DNA of 61,860 nucleotides, filler included, from a bacterium (GCA_027063545.1; 13 parts of 13 records of this genome joined end to end with filler, not necessarily neighbours in it), one strand, 5' to 3'. Positions 30,629-41,453 are shown, numbered from the whole stretch's first letter. Notes: a model not told the origin generated them from the letters alone. Made by a program: numbers and translations.

Positions 30629-33600
30629 TACTAATATAGAACATATATATTCTTCTACTTCTTTAAATGCTACAATAAATTATCAAAGATGGATAAAAGA
30701 TATAGGTTATGATAGATATAAATTAATAGTAGCTGCAGATACTAATTGGACTTCTCCATTTTTATATAAAGATTACATATATTTTACTATATTTAAAAAT
30801 CCTGTTAATTCAGATATATACAGGGTATCTATAAGAGGTGGTATAAAAGAGGTTATATTCAACGAAAGTTATATAGAAAAGGATATTGTTTTTGCTAAAA
30901 ATGGAATATTTGCTTATATATCTAATTTTGAAGATGTAAGAGGAGATATATATTATGGTATGGTAGATAAAAATGGCAATTTAAAAGTAAAAGATAAACT
31001 AAGTTATTCTTTAGGATATGAGGGAGAGATTAGCATATCTCAAGATGGAAAATATTTAGTTTATATATCAAATTTAAAATATAGGACATTAGTTTTAGTT
31101 AATATAATAGAGCGGCTATATAAATATTTAGATAATAATGCTTATACTCCGTATTTATATGGTAATAAAATATATTATATAAAAAATGAAAATAACCAAA
31201 ATTATTTAATAATTTATGACATAAATAGTAATACCCAGAAAAAGTATAAAATAAAATTAGATTTATTAAATCCTATATATATATCAAAAAGAAATAAGAT
31301 ACTTCTTTATAATAAAAAGAAAAAATTTATTGTTTTTTATATTCCTGGAAAAAATAAATATCAATATTATGATACACTAAATTTTAAGATTTATTCAAAG
31401 CCATATTATGATATAGATAAAAATAAAATATTTGTTTTTGCAGAAGGACCAGAGGGAAGAGGATTATATGAGATAAATCCCGACTATTATAATGTTATTC
31501 CCGAGGCACCTAATATTTTTTATCAATATTATTATGCTCTTAATATAGTGAAAAGAAAATATAGTTCTTATAAAGAAAAGAAATTAAGTCTTGAAAGTGT
31601 AATTTTTTATAAAGATTCTTCAAATCTAAAGATAAAAGAAAAAGCTTTAGATTTAATGGCAAAATTATTTTTTAATTATAATAAAGATACTATAGAAATT
31701 AATAATTTTATAGCAAATTTATCTCCAAAGTTAAAAACTATTTTTATAAAAAAATTAGTTGAAAATTTTTTATTAAATTTTTACGAGAAAAGGAATATAT
31801 ATAGTGTTGATTATTTTTATAATAAATTACTAAAAATTCAAGATGTTCCCTTAACTTACATTTTAAAAGATTTAAAGGATTCAATAATAGAATATTCTAC
31901 TATAGAAAATTTAATTCTTTCAGACAGTTTAAACGAATATAGAAAAAAAATAATAAATTTATTTTTATTGATGAATTCATCTAAATACTATACATCTTCT
32001 AACCCATTTTATATAAAAAAGTTAATATCATATATAAATAAATATAGTGATATAGAAAATGATAAGAAGTTATCTTTATTAATTGAAAAACTAAATGATT
32101 GGGATCTTTATAATCTTCAGAAAAATGTGAAAATAGATAAATATAAAACTTTTGCTTATTTTTTATATTTAAAACGGCACGTTAATATTTTAAAAACTAA
32201 AGAAGATTTTCTATTATTTTATACAGAATTAAAAAATATTAAAAGAAAAAAGTTATTAAATGATTCTTTATATATAAAATTACTTAACTATTATTTATAT
32301 CAAAGTAAAGTTAGTAATATTCCTATATCATTAGAAAAGGTTGTAAATTTATATGATAGTATATATTTAAGTGAAAATACAACCATTCTTTTAATAGATT
32401 ATATAAAATGGCAAAAAAGAATATTATATAAAAAAAGTTTTTATAATACTTTCCTTAATTCTGATAATTTTAGAAATTTTTTAAGTTTTAATAAAGATAA
32501 TATATTTTTATGGATTTTTTATATAGATAATAATTTTAAAAATATAAATAGTTCCCAATTTAGCAAAAATTCTTATTATTACTATTATTATCTAGCATAT
32601 TATTATCTTTTAAAATATAACTATACAAAAAATTTAAAAGTTTTAAAATTAGGATATAAAAATATATATAGATTTTATGAACAAAATCCAAAAGATGTCC
32701 ATGGCCTCTTATTATTGGCCAAATACGAAGAATTATTTTTAAAGGATAATAGTGACTATAAACAGTTTACTAAAGTAATAGAGATATATAATTATTTACT
32801 TTCTATAGATACAAATAGAATTCACAGAAAAGTTATTTATTATAATATAGCTATTATTTATTGGAAAATGAATAATATATATCTTTCCCAAAAGTATTTT
32901 GATAAAATTGTAAATACAATAATGTTTTCTTCGGATAAGGATAGAGGAATATTTTATTATTATTATGCTAAAATATTAGTTATTAATGAGAATTATAAAA
33001 AGGCAATAAAATATTTAAACAAAAGTTTAAATATTTTATTAAAATATGATGAAGAAAAGTATCTATTGGAAATTTATAGGCTTTTCGCTTATATATATCA
33101 GCTTAAAAAAGAGCCTCAAATGGTATCAAAATATATAGATAAAATTTTATCATTAAATATAAATGAATATGAATATTTAGCAAAAATATATTCTAATCAA
33201 GCTGTTACATATTTAATGATGGATGATGAAGTGGAGGCTTATATTAATGCTTTAAAGAGTGAAGCGTATTTAAATTTAGTTAATTTAGATAAATATGAAA
33301 AGAAAACAAAGATAAAAATAAAGATACTTTTTTTAGATCTTACAGTTCCATTTTTTACTTTATTTCAACTTGGTAAAGCAAGATATACATTCGATATTTA
33401 CGATGAGATAGCATTAATAAAGTCAGTAAAATGGAATTATTATAGAAAGACAGGAGTTATTGGTAAATCTAAATATACTTTATTAAGAAAGTTGGAGATG
33501 GCTAAAAAAAAGAAAGATTTCTTAATGGAAGCTATTGTATTAAACAATTTGGGTTATTATTATGAGATGTTAAATGATTCTTTAAAAGCAAAAGAGTATT

Positions 33601-33718
33601 ATATAAATAGTCTTAGATTATGTTATAAGTATTATGAATTTGATAGAAGCTTTTTAGATGGTATTTTAATTAATTTAATAAATTTATTAAAATTTAATTT
33701 AACAGAAGATGATTTTAG
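30579..33718 (+). CDS. Large exported protein with TolB/PD40-like propeller and TPR repeats (3' truncated)
   Basis: Signal-peptide-like N-terminus; ISQDGKYLVYISN and AYISNFEDVRGDIY propeller-like blades; C-terminal TPRs (YYNIAIIY, LNNLGYYY). Confidence 0.65.
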
Positions 33719-33855
33719 NNNNNNNNNNNNNNNNNNNNNNNNNNNNNNNNNNNNNNNNNNNNTTAATTAATTAANNNNNNNNNNNNNNNNNNNNNNNNNN
33801 NNNNNNNNNNNNNNNNNNTAAAAGATATTTTCGAAGGTAAGAAAAAATAATAAAA

Positions 33856-33940
33856 TGCCGAGGGCGAGACTCGAACTCGCACGGGCACAAGGCCCAAGGG
33901 ATTTTAAGTCCCTTGTGTCTACCAGTTCCACCACCCCGGC
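33856..33940 (-). tRNA. tRNA-Leu (TAA)
   Basis: GCCGGGGTGGTGGAACTGGTAGACAC...AGGGACTTAAAATCCCT with a long variable arm and GTTCGAGTC. Confidence 0.96.
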
Positions 33941-33948
33941 ATTTTCTC

Positions 33949-34022
33949 AGGCGACGGCCGGACTCGAACCGGCGAATGAGGGCTTTGCAGGCCCCTGCCT
34001 TAGCCAACTTGGCTACGTCGCC
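33949..34022 (-). tRNA. tRNA-Cys (GCA)
   Basis: GGCGACGTAGCCAAGTTGG...GGGGCCTGCAAAGCCCT...GGTTCGAGTCC; U discriminator. Confidence 0.96.
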
Positions 34023-34041
34023 ATTTCTCAATAGTTTTCAA

Positions 34042-34070
34042 AAAATAATTAATTAATAGTTTTATGTCAA
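34042..34070 (-). promoter_or_regulatory. Sigma70-type promoter of tRNA-Cys/tRNA-Leu
   Basis: TTGACA-17 nt-TATTTT, 20 nt upstream of tRNA-Cys; same form as the tRNA-tuf promoter. Confidence 0.6.
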
Positions 34071-34080
34071 TTACTAAAAT

Positions 34081-34791
34081 TTAATGTTTTTTATAAAATA
34101 TATACATATTATTTTCTGGTATTCTTGCTCCTTGGTCATATACTAAATAAAGAAACTTATCTTTTTTATAAATTGTTCCCATATAATAGTCTGGATTTAC
34201 TAACCATATTTGATTATTTACAATTTTCATTTCTCTTTTTACATCATCTATAAGAGGATCTGTTGTTGTCATAGAGACAAAACCTGTGTCTGAACTTAAA
34301 AAATATATAGTATCTCTAACAAATACCGTATCTTCATTTATATCATCATAGTATTTTCTATTTATACTATATGCATTTTCCCCTACCTTTTTATATATCT
34401 CAGAATAATGTAATAATATAGTATCCTCTGCTAGTTTTTCTACCCAAAAACCTATTTTTCCTAAAGTATAATATTGACTACTAAAATAAGTTGTATTTTC
34501 ATCTGTATTTATATATCCATCTGTGTATTTTGTGAAAAGGTATAAAAGATTATTATCAAGATTTTCCTTTTCTAAAATATAAAATGTATCTAAGTATATA
34601 TAAGGTTGAATAACTTTTTTAAACACTATGTAGTCTGCTGTTGTTATTGTCATATATGTGGTATCTCCCTCAAAATCAACAGAAATCCACTCACCTGTAA
34701 TTGAATCTTCTGTACTAGATACTCCATTATCACTACATGAATACACTATAAATAATAAACCGAAAAAAAGTACTAACATACCTTTTTTCAT
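34081..34791 (-). CDS. Hypothetical lipoprotein
   Basis: MKK + hydrophobic stretch + VYSC lipobox; ITGEW lipocalin-like motif; GGAGGG RBS. Confidence 0.75.
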   Translation of the reverse strand: MKKGMLVLFFGLLFIVYSCSDNGVSSTEDSITGEWISVDFEGDTTYMTITTADYIVFKKVIQPYIYLDTFYILEKENLDNNLLYLFTKYTDGYINTDENTTYFSSQYYTLGKIGFWVEKLAEDTILLHYSEIYKKVGENAYSINRKYYDDINEDTVFVRDTIYFLSSDTGFVSMTTTDPLIDDVKREMKIVNNQIWLVNPDYYMGTIYKKDKFLYLVYDQGARIPENNMYIFYKKH

Positions 34792-34941
34792 AATTCCCTC
34801 CTTTTTTATTTAGTTTATTTTTTAAAAAAAATAATAAATAACACCAATATATAAAATATTTTTATTTTCTATTGTCTATCTTAGTTTTGATTTGATTTGG
34901 CTTCTAATCTATGGAATTAATGTAAGTATTCTTTATATAGC

Positions 34942-35379
34942 TTATTCTGAATATTCAAATGTTACTGAAAAATTAACATATTTATCAGATATAATACTAA
35001 AACTATTATCTAACACAATATAATACGATTCATCCCAATCTATATAAGAATCATAGACATCAAAACTTGATGAGTGTTGCTGTCCTGAACTATAAATAAT
35101 TTCATAATCACCATTATCATATAAAAAATTATCAATATCATATGTTTTTATTATCCAAAATTTAATATCATCACCAGAACCACCAATTGCGTAAAAATTT
35201 CCATAAATTTCAACATCTGTTACATACCCTAAATTAACTTCAAAATATACATAAGACCCAGCCTCTACTAAAACATTATTCCGAGAAATATCGTAAGTTT
35301 GTTTAGGAACATAATAATTACATGAAAATACAATTAACCCTAATATAAAGCTAATTAATAAAAGTTTTATTCCTCTCAT
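34942..35379 (-). CDS. Hypothetical lipoprotein (beta-sandwich-like)
   Basis: Signal peptide with VFSC lipobox; YYIVLDNSFSIISDKYV motif. Confidence 0.7.
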   Translation of the reverse strand: MRGIKLLLISFILGLIVFSCNYYVPKQTYDISRNNVLVEAGSYVYFEVNLGYVTDVEIYGNFYAIGGSGDDIKFWIIKTYDIDNFLYDNGDYEIIYSSGQQHSSSFDVYDSYIDWDESYYIVLDNSFSIISDKYVNFSVTFEYSE

Positions 35380-35393
35380 ATTTCTTCTTTTTT

Positions 35394-36053
35394 TTATTCT
35401 CTTCTTATGTATTTTTCTTCATCTGTATCTTCATCTTCTATTAATATATAAGATTTTGTCTTTATATAATTTTTTACATCCTTACTATCATCTTTATAAA
35501 AAACAACTATTCCTTCTGATAGAAATTTACAATATGAAGTATCTGCTAGTTCTATAATAAAATTTGTCTTTTCTATGTAAAGCGCAGAATCTGATGTTAT
35601 AAAATTAAAATATTCTTCAGATTCAAAAACATTACCTATATTAAATATTAAGTTATATGTAGAGGTAGTAGTATTTTTATCATATTTACTATACGATTTT
35701 TTTAAAAATAAAGTATCCTTATTACTTGAAAGTAAAATTTCTCTAGCAATAGCTCCTTTCTTCAAAAGCACCTCTAAAGAATCATCTGTTAAATCCTTAG
35801 AATATGTAATTGCTATATACTTGTTATCGAAAAGATAATATTTCATAATTGTTGTATCATCTTCATCAATTAAAGTAATCATAGTATCATCTACTATAAC
35901 TATATAATTTGAATCATCTATTTTTACCCATTCTCCCTTAATATCCTTTGTTTCTAAAGAATTATCATCTACAGAGATTAAACTACTACAATTATAGACA
36001 AAAATAATTATAAATACAGAAAAGATTATATACTTTAATCTTAAAATTTTCAT
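35394..36053 (-). CDS. Hypothetical lipoprotein
   Basis: VYNC lipobox; IKGEW motif; GAGGAGG RBS. Confidence 0.72.
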   Translation of the reverse strand: MKILRLKYIIFSVFIIIFVYNCSSLISVDDNSLETKDIKGEWVKIDDSNYIVIVDDTMITLIDEDDTTIMKYYLFDNKYIAITYSKDLTDDSLEVLLKKGAIAREILLSSNKDTLFLKKSYSKYDKNTTTSTYNLIFNIGNVFESEEYFNFITSDSALYIEKTNFIIELADTSYCKFLSEGIVVFYKDDSKDVKNYIKTKSYILIEDEDTDEEKYIRRE

Positions 36054-36113
36054 TTTTTCCTCCTCAGTTTAAAATCTTTTTGGTTAGACTTTAAAATATT
36101 TATTTTTATAAAT

Positions 36114-36860
36114 ATGATCAATAATAAAATTAAAGAAGCTGCAAAAATTTTAAAAAATTCTCAATTTGCTGTGGCCTTCACAGGTGCTGGAATTTCAGTA
36201 GAAAGTGGTATACCTCCGTTTAGAGGAGAAGGTGGTCTTTGGGAAAAACTTGATCCTAAAGTTTTAGATTTGGATTATTTTTATGAAAATCCAAAAGCAT
36301 CATGGGAACTTTTTAAATCACTTTATGAATCTCTTCAAAAAGCAAAGCCAAACCCTGCTCATATTGCTTTAGCAGAACTTGAAAAATCCAATATTATAAA
36401 ACTTGTTATAACACAAAATATAGATAACCTTCACTTTTACGCAGGAAATAAAAAGGTTGTTGAATTTCACGGAAATACTAGAGAGGCAACCTGTGTTAAA
36501 TGTGGAAAAAAATACAAGGTTTCTTCAGAAATATTTAATAATCTACCTCCCAAATGTTCTAAATGTGGGGGTATTTTAAAACCTGATTTTGTATATTTTG
36601 GTGAAGGTATTCCTCAAAAAGCTTTAGAAGATTCCTATAACGCTACTATGGTTGGTGATGTATTTATTTTAATTGGCACATCTGGTGTTATTCAACCTGC
36701 TGCTTCTATTCCTTTTCTGGCAAAGCAAAATGGAGCAAAAATAATTGAGGTTAATTTAGATCCTTCTACTTATACAAATACAATTACTGATATATTCCTT
36801 CAAGGAAAGGCAGGAGAAATACTTCCTAAACTAAAAGATGAAGTGTTAAATGCTATTTAA
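36114..36860 (+). CDS. cobB: NAD-dependent protein deacylase (sirtuin)
   Basis: TGAGISVESGIPPFRG, ITQNIDNLH, FHG, two CxxC pairs, IGTSG. Confidence 0.93.
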   Translation: MINNKIKEAAKILKNSQFAVAFTGAGISVESGIPPFRGEGGLWEKLDPKVLDLDYFYENPKASWELFKSLYESLQKAKPNPAHIALAELEKSNIIKLVITQNIDNLHFYAGNKKVVEFHGNTREATCVKCGKKYKVSSEIFNNLPPKCSKCGGILKPDFVYFGEGIPQKALEDSYNATMVGDVFILIGTSGVIQPAASIPFLAKQNGAKIIEVNLDPSTYTNTITDIFLQGKAGEILPKLKDEVLNAI

Positions 36861-37297
36861 TAGTTATATTTGTCTTTTTACCCTTTGTATTTACTTTTTT
36901 CTACTTTTTTATTTATCAAAAAAGACAAAAACTTGCTAAACTTATTCTTATTATTTCAAGTTTAATATTTTATTCTTGGTGGAATATAAAATACACTCCC
37001 CTTTTAATCTTTTCAATTTTATTTAACTTTTATATGGGGAAAAATTCTATCTAAAAGAAAAGATAGAACCCTTTTGATATTAGGGTATTATAAGTATTAC
37101 AATTTTTTATTGAAAATATAAATATTTGCTTGATTCCTATTATAAAAAAACAAAAGAATACTCTCTTTTAAACTACTTTTTATTTGTAACATTCTTACCT
37201 CAACTTATTGCTGGTCCAATTGTTCATCATAAAGAGATGATGCCTCAATTTGAATACATAAAAAAAATAATACCAAAAAATATAATTGATGGCCTTG
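36850..37297 (+). pseudogene. MBOAT O-acyltransferase (AlgI/DltB-like) pseudogene
   Basis: Fragments MLFNSY / FVFLP...SSLIFYSWW...FSILFN / YKYYNF..IEN / YFLFVTFLPQLIAGPIVHHKEMMPQF lie in different frames. The usual LPLGISF segment is missing. Confidence 0.8.
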
Positions 37298-37397
37298 NNN
37301 NNNNNNNNNNNNNNNNNNNNNNNNNNNNNNNNNNNNNNNNNTTAATTAATTAANNNNNNNNNNNNNNNNNNNNNNNNNNNNNNNNNNNNNNNNNNNN

Positions 37398-37548
37398 CTA
37401 TTTTTAGAGAGTCTTCATAATTTGCTATTTTCCTTTTTTGAATCTCATAATTTGTAGGTAAAACAGATAAAGATAAGTTTTTTCTAGAACAATTTTGAAT
37501 AAAAATAGATATAATTAAAAGAAAAAATATAAATTTAAAAACTTTCAT
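37398..37548 (-). CDS. Hypothetical lipoprotein (3' truncated)
   Basis: Signal peptide ending in IQNC. Confidence 0.5.
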
Positions 37549-37551
37549 AAG

Positions 37552-37992
37552 CTAAAATGAAGAAAAATAATATCTTATTCCTAATGCCATTTTAGGAGAT
37601 GATAATTTATTTACCATATCAGGATATAAACCTACTAATGGAGCACCCTCTATAAAAATTTCTAATTTTGATAAGAATATTCCTATACCTAATGGTAATC
37701 TTAAATCTATAGATGTATTATTGGATAAATAAATTGCTCCTCCAAGTCCTAGATATAATTCTATTGATCCCCCAACAGGATAAAAATGCATTAAATAATC
37801 TGCTCCTAAATAAAGTCCATTAGACCATGATATGTCTAGCTGTGAATTATTACCATAAGTATGTGATTTGAAGGTTAGGGCTATTTCTGGAGATCCATCA
37901 AATATTTTTATTCCCACTCCTGTAGCATATATTTGTTTAAAAGATATAATAAAAATTAGCAATATAAAGATAAAAGCTTTTCTTAAACTCAT
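37552..37992 (-). CDS. Small outer-membrane beta-barrel-like protein
   Basis: Signal peptide, amphipathic beta strands (LYLGLGG, DLRLPLG) and C-terminal GIRYYF. AAGGTGG RBS precedes the ATG at 37992. Confidence 0.6.
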   Translation of the reverse strand: MSLRKAFIFILLIFIISFKQIYATGVGIKIFDGSPEIALTFKSHTYGNNSQLDISWSNGLYLGADYLMHFYPVGGSIELYLGLGGAIYLSNNTSIDLRLPLGIGIFLSKLEIFIEGAPLVGLYPDMVNKLSSPKMALGIRYYFSSF

Positions 37993-38043
37993 ATTTACCA
38001 CCTTTTATTTATTTTTAGAATATAAAAAAATAATTTTGTTTTA

Positions 38044-39282
38044 TTAAGTTTTCAATAAAACTGCTCCAAATATTCCATCCATCTCTTCAAATTTTTTAAT
38101 AGTAAAAAAATATTTATCTTTATAGATAAATTCTCTATTGAAATTTTCATTTGTAACCAAATAACCTCTATTATTTTTTCTTAGAAAATCTTCTATTCTT
38201 CTTTCATTTTCATCTTTAAAAATACTACATGTGGAATAAAATAAAAAACCACCTTTTTTTAAAACCCGCCAAGCCTCTTTTAACATCTTTTTTTGCATTT
38301 TTCTTAGTTTTATATAGTCATTTCTATTTAAATGATAGATTATATCTACTTTTGTCTTCACAACACCACTCCCTGTACATGGAGTATCCAAAAAAACATA
38401 ATCAAAACTCTCATTTTTAAAAGGCAAAGCCCTTCCATCAGAACAAATATATAATCTATTATTATCCTTTAATCTTTGCTTTAATTTATTAACCTTCCAT
38501 AATCTAAAATCATTATGAATTGTATTTGAGAAAAGATAAAAACTTTTCCCCCCAGGATAAGAGGCTATCTCTAACGTTAAGCTATTTTTATTTTTATAAA
38601 AATAAGAAAAATATTTCATTAATAAATGATTTCCTATATCCTGAAAAACAAACTTTTCTAAAAATTCTTTAGGAAAATCATTAACATTTTTTATATAAAA
38701 GTAAGTATCTGAATACTTAGAGGCTTCCAAATAATCTAAAGAGTTATACTTTAAAAAATCTACAAAAAAGCCTCCTTTTCTATACTTTTCAGAATCTACA
38801 AAAATTATTTGTTTTACTATACTGAAATATTGTTCGTCTTGATAAAACTCATATAGTTTTTTATAGTAAAAACTTTTCTGTGGAAGAAGAGAAAAATTAA
38901 ATTCATAATTTCCATCATTTAATATTCGTCTTAACACAGCATTCACTAATTTAGAATATTTAATAGAATACTTTCTCTTTGTAAATTCAACTAATTCGTT
39001 AAGAATTACATAATAAGGATATTTAGATCTTTTTATTAAAATACTACCTAAATATAGAATTAAAGAAATTTCTATAGGTAATTTCTTATAATCTTTTAAA
39101 TATCTCTTTATTATGTCTTCAGCAAAATAAATATCTCTAAATAAAACAGATATAGAAAATTTTACAAATTCTTTATTTACAAAATTTTTATAATAATGAA
39201 AAAAAAGTTTATCTAAATATGCTTTATCTAAAATTACTCTCTTCGCTATTTCTATAATAAAAGAAATATCCTTAAAAACCAC
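38044..39282 (-). CDS. rsmB: RsmB/NOP2-family rRNA m5C methyltransferase with NusB-like N-terminus (divergent)
   Basis: LVNAVLRR, ASYPGGKS, FLDTPCTGSG, YSTCSIFKDENE. Confidence 0.8.
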   Translation of the reverse strand: MVFKDISFIIEIAKRVILDKAYLDKLFFHYYKNFVNKEFVKFSISVLFRDIYFAEDIIKRYLKDYKKLPIEISLILYLGSILIKRSKYPYYVILNELVEFTKRKYSIKYSKLVNAVLRRILNDGNYEFNFSLLPQKSFYYKKLYEFYQDEQYFSIVKQIIFVDSEKYRKGGFFVDFLKYNSLDYLEASKYSDTYFYIKNVNDFPKEFLEKFVFQDIGNHLLMKYFSYFYKNKNSLTLEIASYPGGKSFYLFSNTIHNDFRLWKVNKLKQRLKDNNRLYICSDGRALPFKNESFDYVFLDTPCTGSGVVKTKVDIIYHLNRNDYIKLRKMQKKMLKEAWRVLKKGGFLFYSTCSIFKDENERRIEDFLRKNNRGYLVTNENFNREFIYKDKYFFTIKKFEEMDGIFGAVLLKT

Positions 39283-39296
39283 AAATTTTTATCCTT

Positions 39297-39995
39297 TTAA
39301 TCATCATCTACTTGCTGGGATATAATTAAAAGCCTTATTAGATTCATAACTGCCATTAATGCTGCTGCTATATATGTTAATGCTGCTGCTGTCAAAACTT
39401 CTTTGGCTAAAGGATATTCTTCATCATCCAATAGGCCATTCTCTCTTAATAATCTTAATCCTCTCATAGAAGCGTCTATCTCAACTGGTAATGTTATTAT
39501 AGAGAAAAATACATAAAAGCTAAAAAATATAATCCCTAGTTTGACAAATAAAGGAGAATGAATAAAAATTCCTATTAAAAATAAAGGCATACTCATATAG
39601 TTACCAAAACTTACTAAAGGAAAAATACTATTTCTTATAACAATAGGAGTATAACCTTCCAAATGTTGTATTGCATGTCCAACCTCGTGAGCAGCCACTC
39701 CTAAAGCTGCAACAGAATTTGAACCATATACAACCTCAGATAAACCTAATCTTTTCTCAACAGGATCATAATGATCAGTTAATTCTCCTGCTACCGGTAA
39801 AATAGGAATATCACTAAGCCCTTTTGAATCCAGTAAAATTCTAGCTACTTCATAAGCTGTTAGACCTTTTTTATTAGGAATTTTAGAATATTTATTAAAA
39901 GTAGAAGAAACCTTATTTTGTGCATAAATAGAGAGTATTAATGCTGGTATTAGTAAGATAACACTCCAATGAAACATAAATGGATCAAAAAACAT
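39297..39995 (-). CDS. Putative neutral zinc metallopeptidase (YugP / Zn_peptidase_2)
   Basis: GELTDHYDP, VAAHEVGHAIQH, TLPVEIDAS, LTAAALTYIAAA. Confidence 0.9.
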   Translation of the reverse strand: MFFDPFMFHWSVILLIPALILSIYAQNKVSSTFNKYSKIPNKKGLTAYEVARILLDSKGLSDIPILPVAGELTDHYDPVEKRLGLSEVVYGSNSVAALGVAAHEVGHAIQHLEGYTPIVIRNSIFPLVSFGNYMSMPLFLIGIFIHSPLFVKLGIIFFSFYVFFSIITLPVEIDASMRGLRLLRENGLLDDEEYPLAKEVLTAAALTYIAAALMAVMNLIRLLIISQQVDDD

Positions 39996-40012
39996 AGTTA
40001 TTACCCCTCCTT

Positions 40013-40594
40013 TTATATCTCTTTTCTTTCATTAAATGCAAGCCTTAAGGTTGTTTTATCCAGAAACTCTATTGAAGCCCCTATAGGTATACCTACAGAT
40101 ATCTTGCTAAATCTTAAATTCATACCATCTAAATATTCTTTTATATAATCTATTGTTATCTGAGCTTCTGGTGTATAGTTTAACATAAATATTACTTCTT
40201 CAATATTTTTATTTATAATTAAATTTTTTAATTTGTCAAGACCTAGATCCTCTACAAATATCCCTTTACTTGGATTTATTAATTTACTTAAAACAAAATA
40301 ATAACCTTTATAATCCTTTGTTTCTTCTATAGCATATAAATCACTAATCGTTTCAACAACACATACTTTTTTATCTCGGGTATTGTCTTTACATATATTA
40401 CATTCATCATCAGTAGAAAGATTATTACAATACTTACAAATTTTAATATTCTTTATAGTGTAATCTAAATCATTTAATAAAACTTCTGATATATTTCTAT
40501 TCTGTACCAAATATAAAGCAATTCTCATTGCACTTTTCTTTCCAATACCCGGAAGTAAAGCAAAATCCTCAATTAATTTTTCTATAAAATCCAT
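40013..40594 (-). CDS. recR: Recombination mediator RecR
   Basis: LPGIGKKSAMR, C4 zinc finger and Toprim domain; downstream of ybaB. Confidence 0.93.
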   Translation of the reverse strand: MDFIEKLIEDFALLPGIGKKSAMRIALYLVQNRNISEVLLNDLDYTIKNIKICKYCNNLSTDDECNICKDNTRDKKVCVVETISDLYAIEETKDYKGYYFVLSKLINPSKGIFVEDLGLDKLKNLIINKNIEEVIFMLNYTPEAQITIDYIKEYLDGMNLRFSKISVGIPIGASIEFLDKTTLRLAFNERKEI

Positions 40595-40622
40595 AACATT
40601 TTATAAATAATAATCTATAATA

Positions 40623-40872
40623 TTAAAATAATCCCGGTATACCACCTGCTAAAGGTCCTAACTCTTCTTTTGTTAATTTCTCAATATTTTCGTTAAGATT
40701 ATTTAACGCCGCCAGTATTAAATCTTCTAAATATTCCACATCATCAGGATCTACCACCTCAGGGTCTATTCTCACAGACTTTATTTTCCCTGTTCCATCT
40801 GCTAAAATCTTTACAGCTCCTCCCCCAGCTGTTCCTTCTACTTCCATTTTTGCCAACTTATCTTGAGCCTGT
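40623..40872 (-). CDS. ybaB: YbaB/EbfC nucleoid-associated protein (5' truncated)
   Basis: EGTAGGGAV...DPDDVEYLEDLILAALN. Confidence 0.92.
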
Positions 40873-40972
40873 NNNNNNNNNNNNNNNNNNNNNNNNNNNN
40901 NNNNNNNNNNNNNNNNTTAATTAATTAANNNNNNNNNNNNNNNNNNNNNNNNNNNNNNNNNNNNNNNNNNNN

Positions 40973-41367
40973 ATTAAATAAGCATGCTTATTATACCAAT
41001 TTAATGGTGCTCTTTTTATTCTTTCTGTTAAATCGTTTATTTCATACTTTAAAGTGGCAAATAAACTTTCATAATTTAAATCCCAAAGCATCAAATTATG
41101 TTCTATTAAAGTAAGTGTATCTAATTCAGAAACTTTAAAATAATTACATCTATCAAACTCATCTTTAAATAAATCTAATTCAATAAACTTCTTTTTAATA
41201 TCTAAAAATTTAGTAACTATTCGAGAAAGTTCACTTGCACTAAAATATAATGCCGCTGTTCCCTTAGGGATTTTTGCTGGTCTTAACAAAGTATCTTGTA
41301 GTTTATGCTGTATTTTATTAATACCTTCAATATCATTCAAAGACTCTATTAAAAAATTATGTATCAT
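40973..41367 (-). CDS. Hypothetical protein (3' truncated)
   Basis: Open frame of at least 131 aa with AGGA upstream; no recognisable motif. Confidence 0.6.
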
Positions 41368-41453
41368 TTATATTCCTGTTGTATCAAAACTTGCTAAAAT
41401 TTCATTTTTATATATTTCTCTATAAATAGAAAGTTATTATTTGGTGCTAATTC

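Noticed and set aside
33771-34031. 86-aa ORF on the minus strand
   Set aside because: It is a translation of the tRNA-Cys and tRNA-Leu genes.
36114-36860. Sirtuin as an anti-phage SIR2 effector (Thoeris/DSR type)
   Set aside because: It is a stand-alone 248-aa CobB-type enzyme with a Zn ribbon and no defence partner genes nearby.
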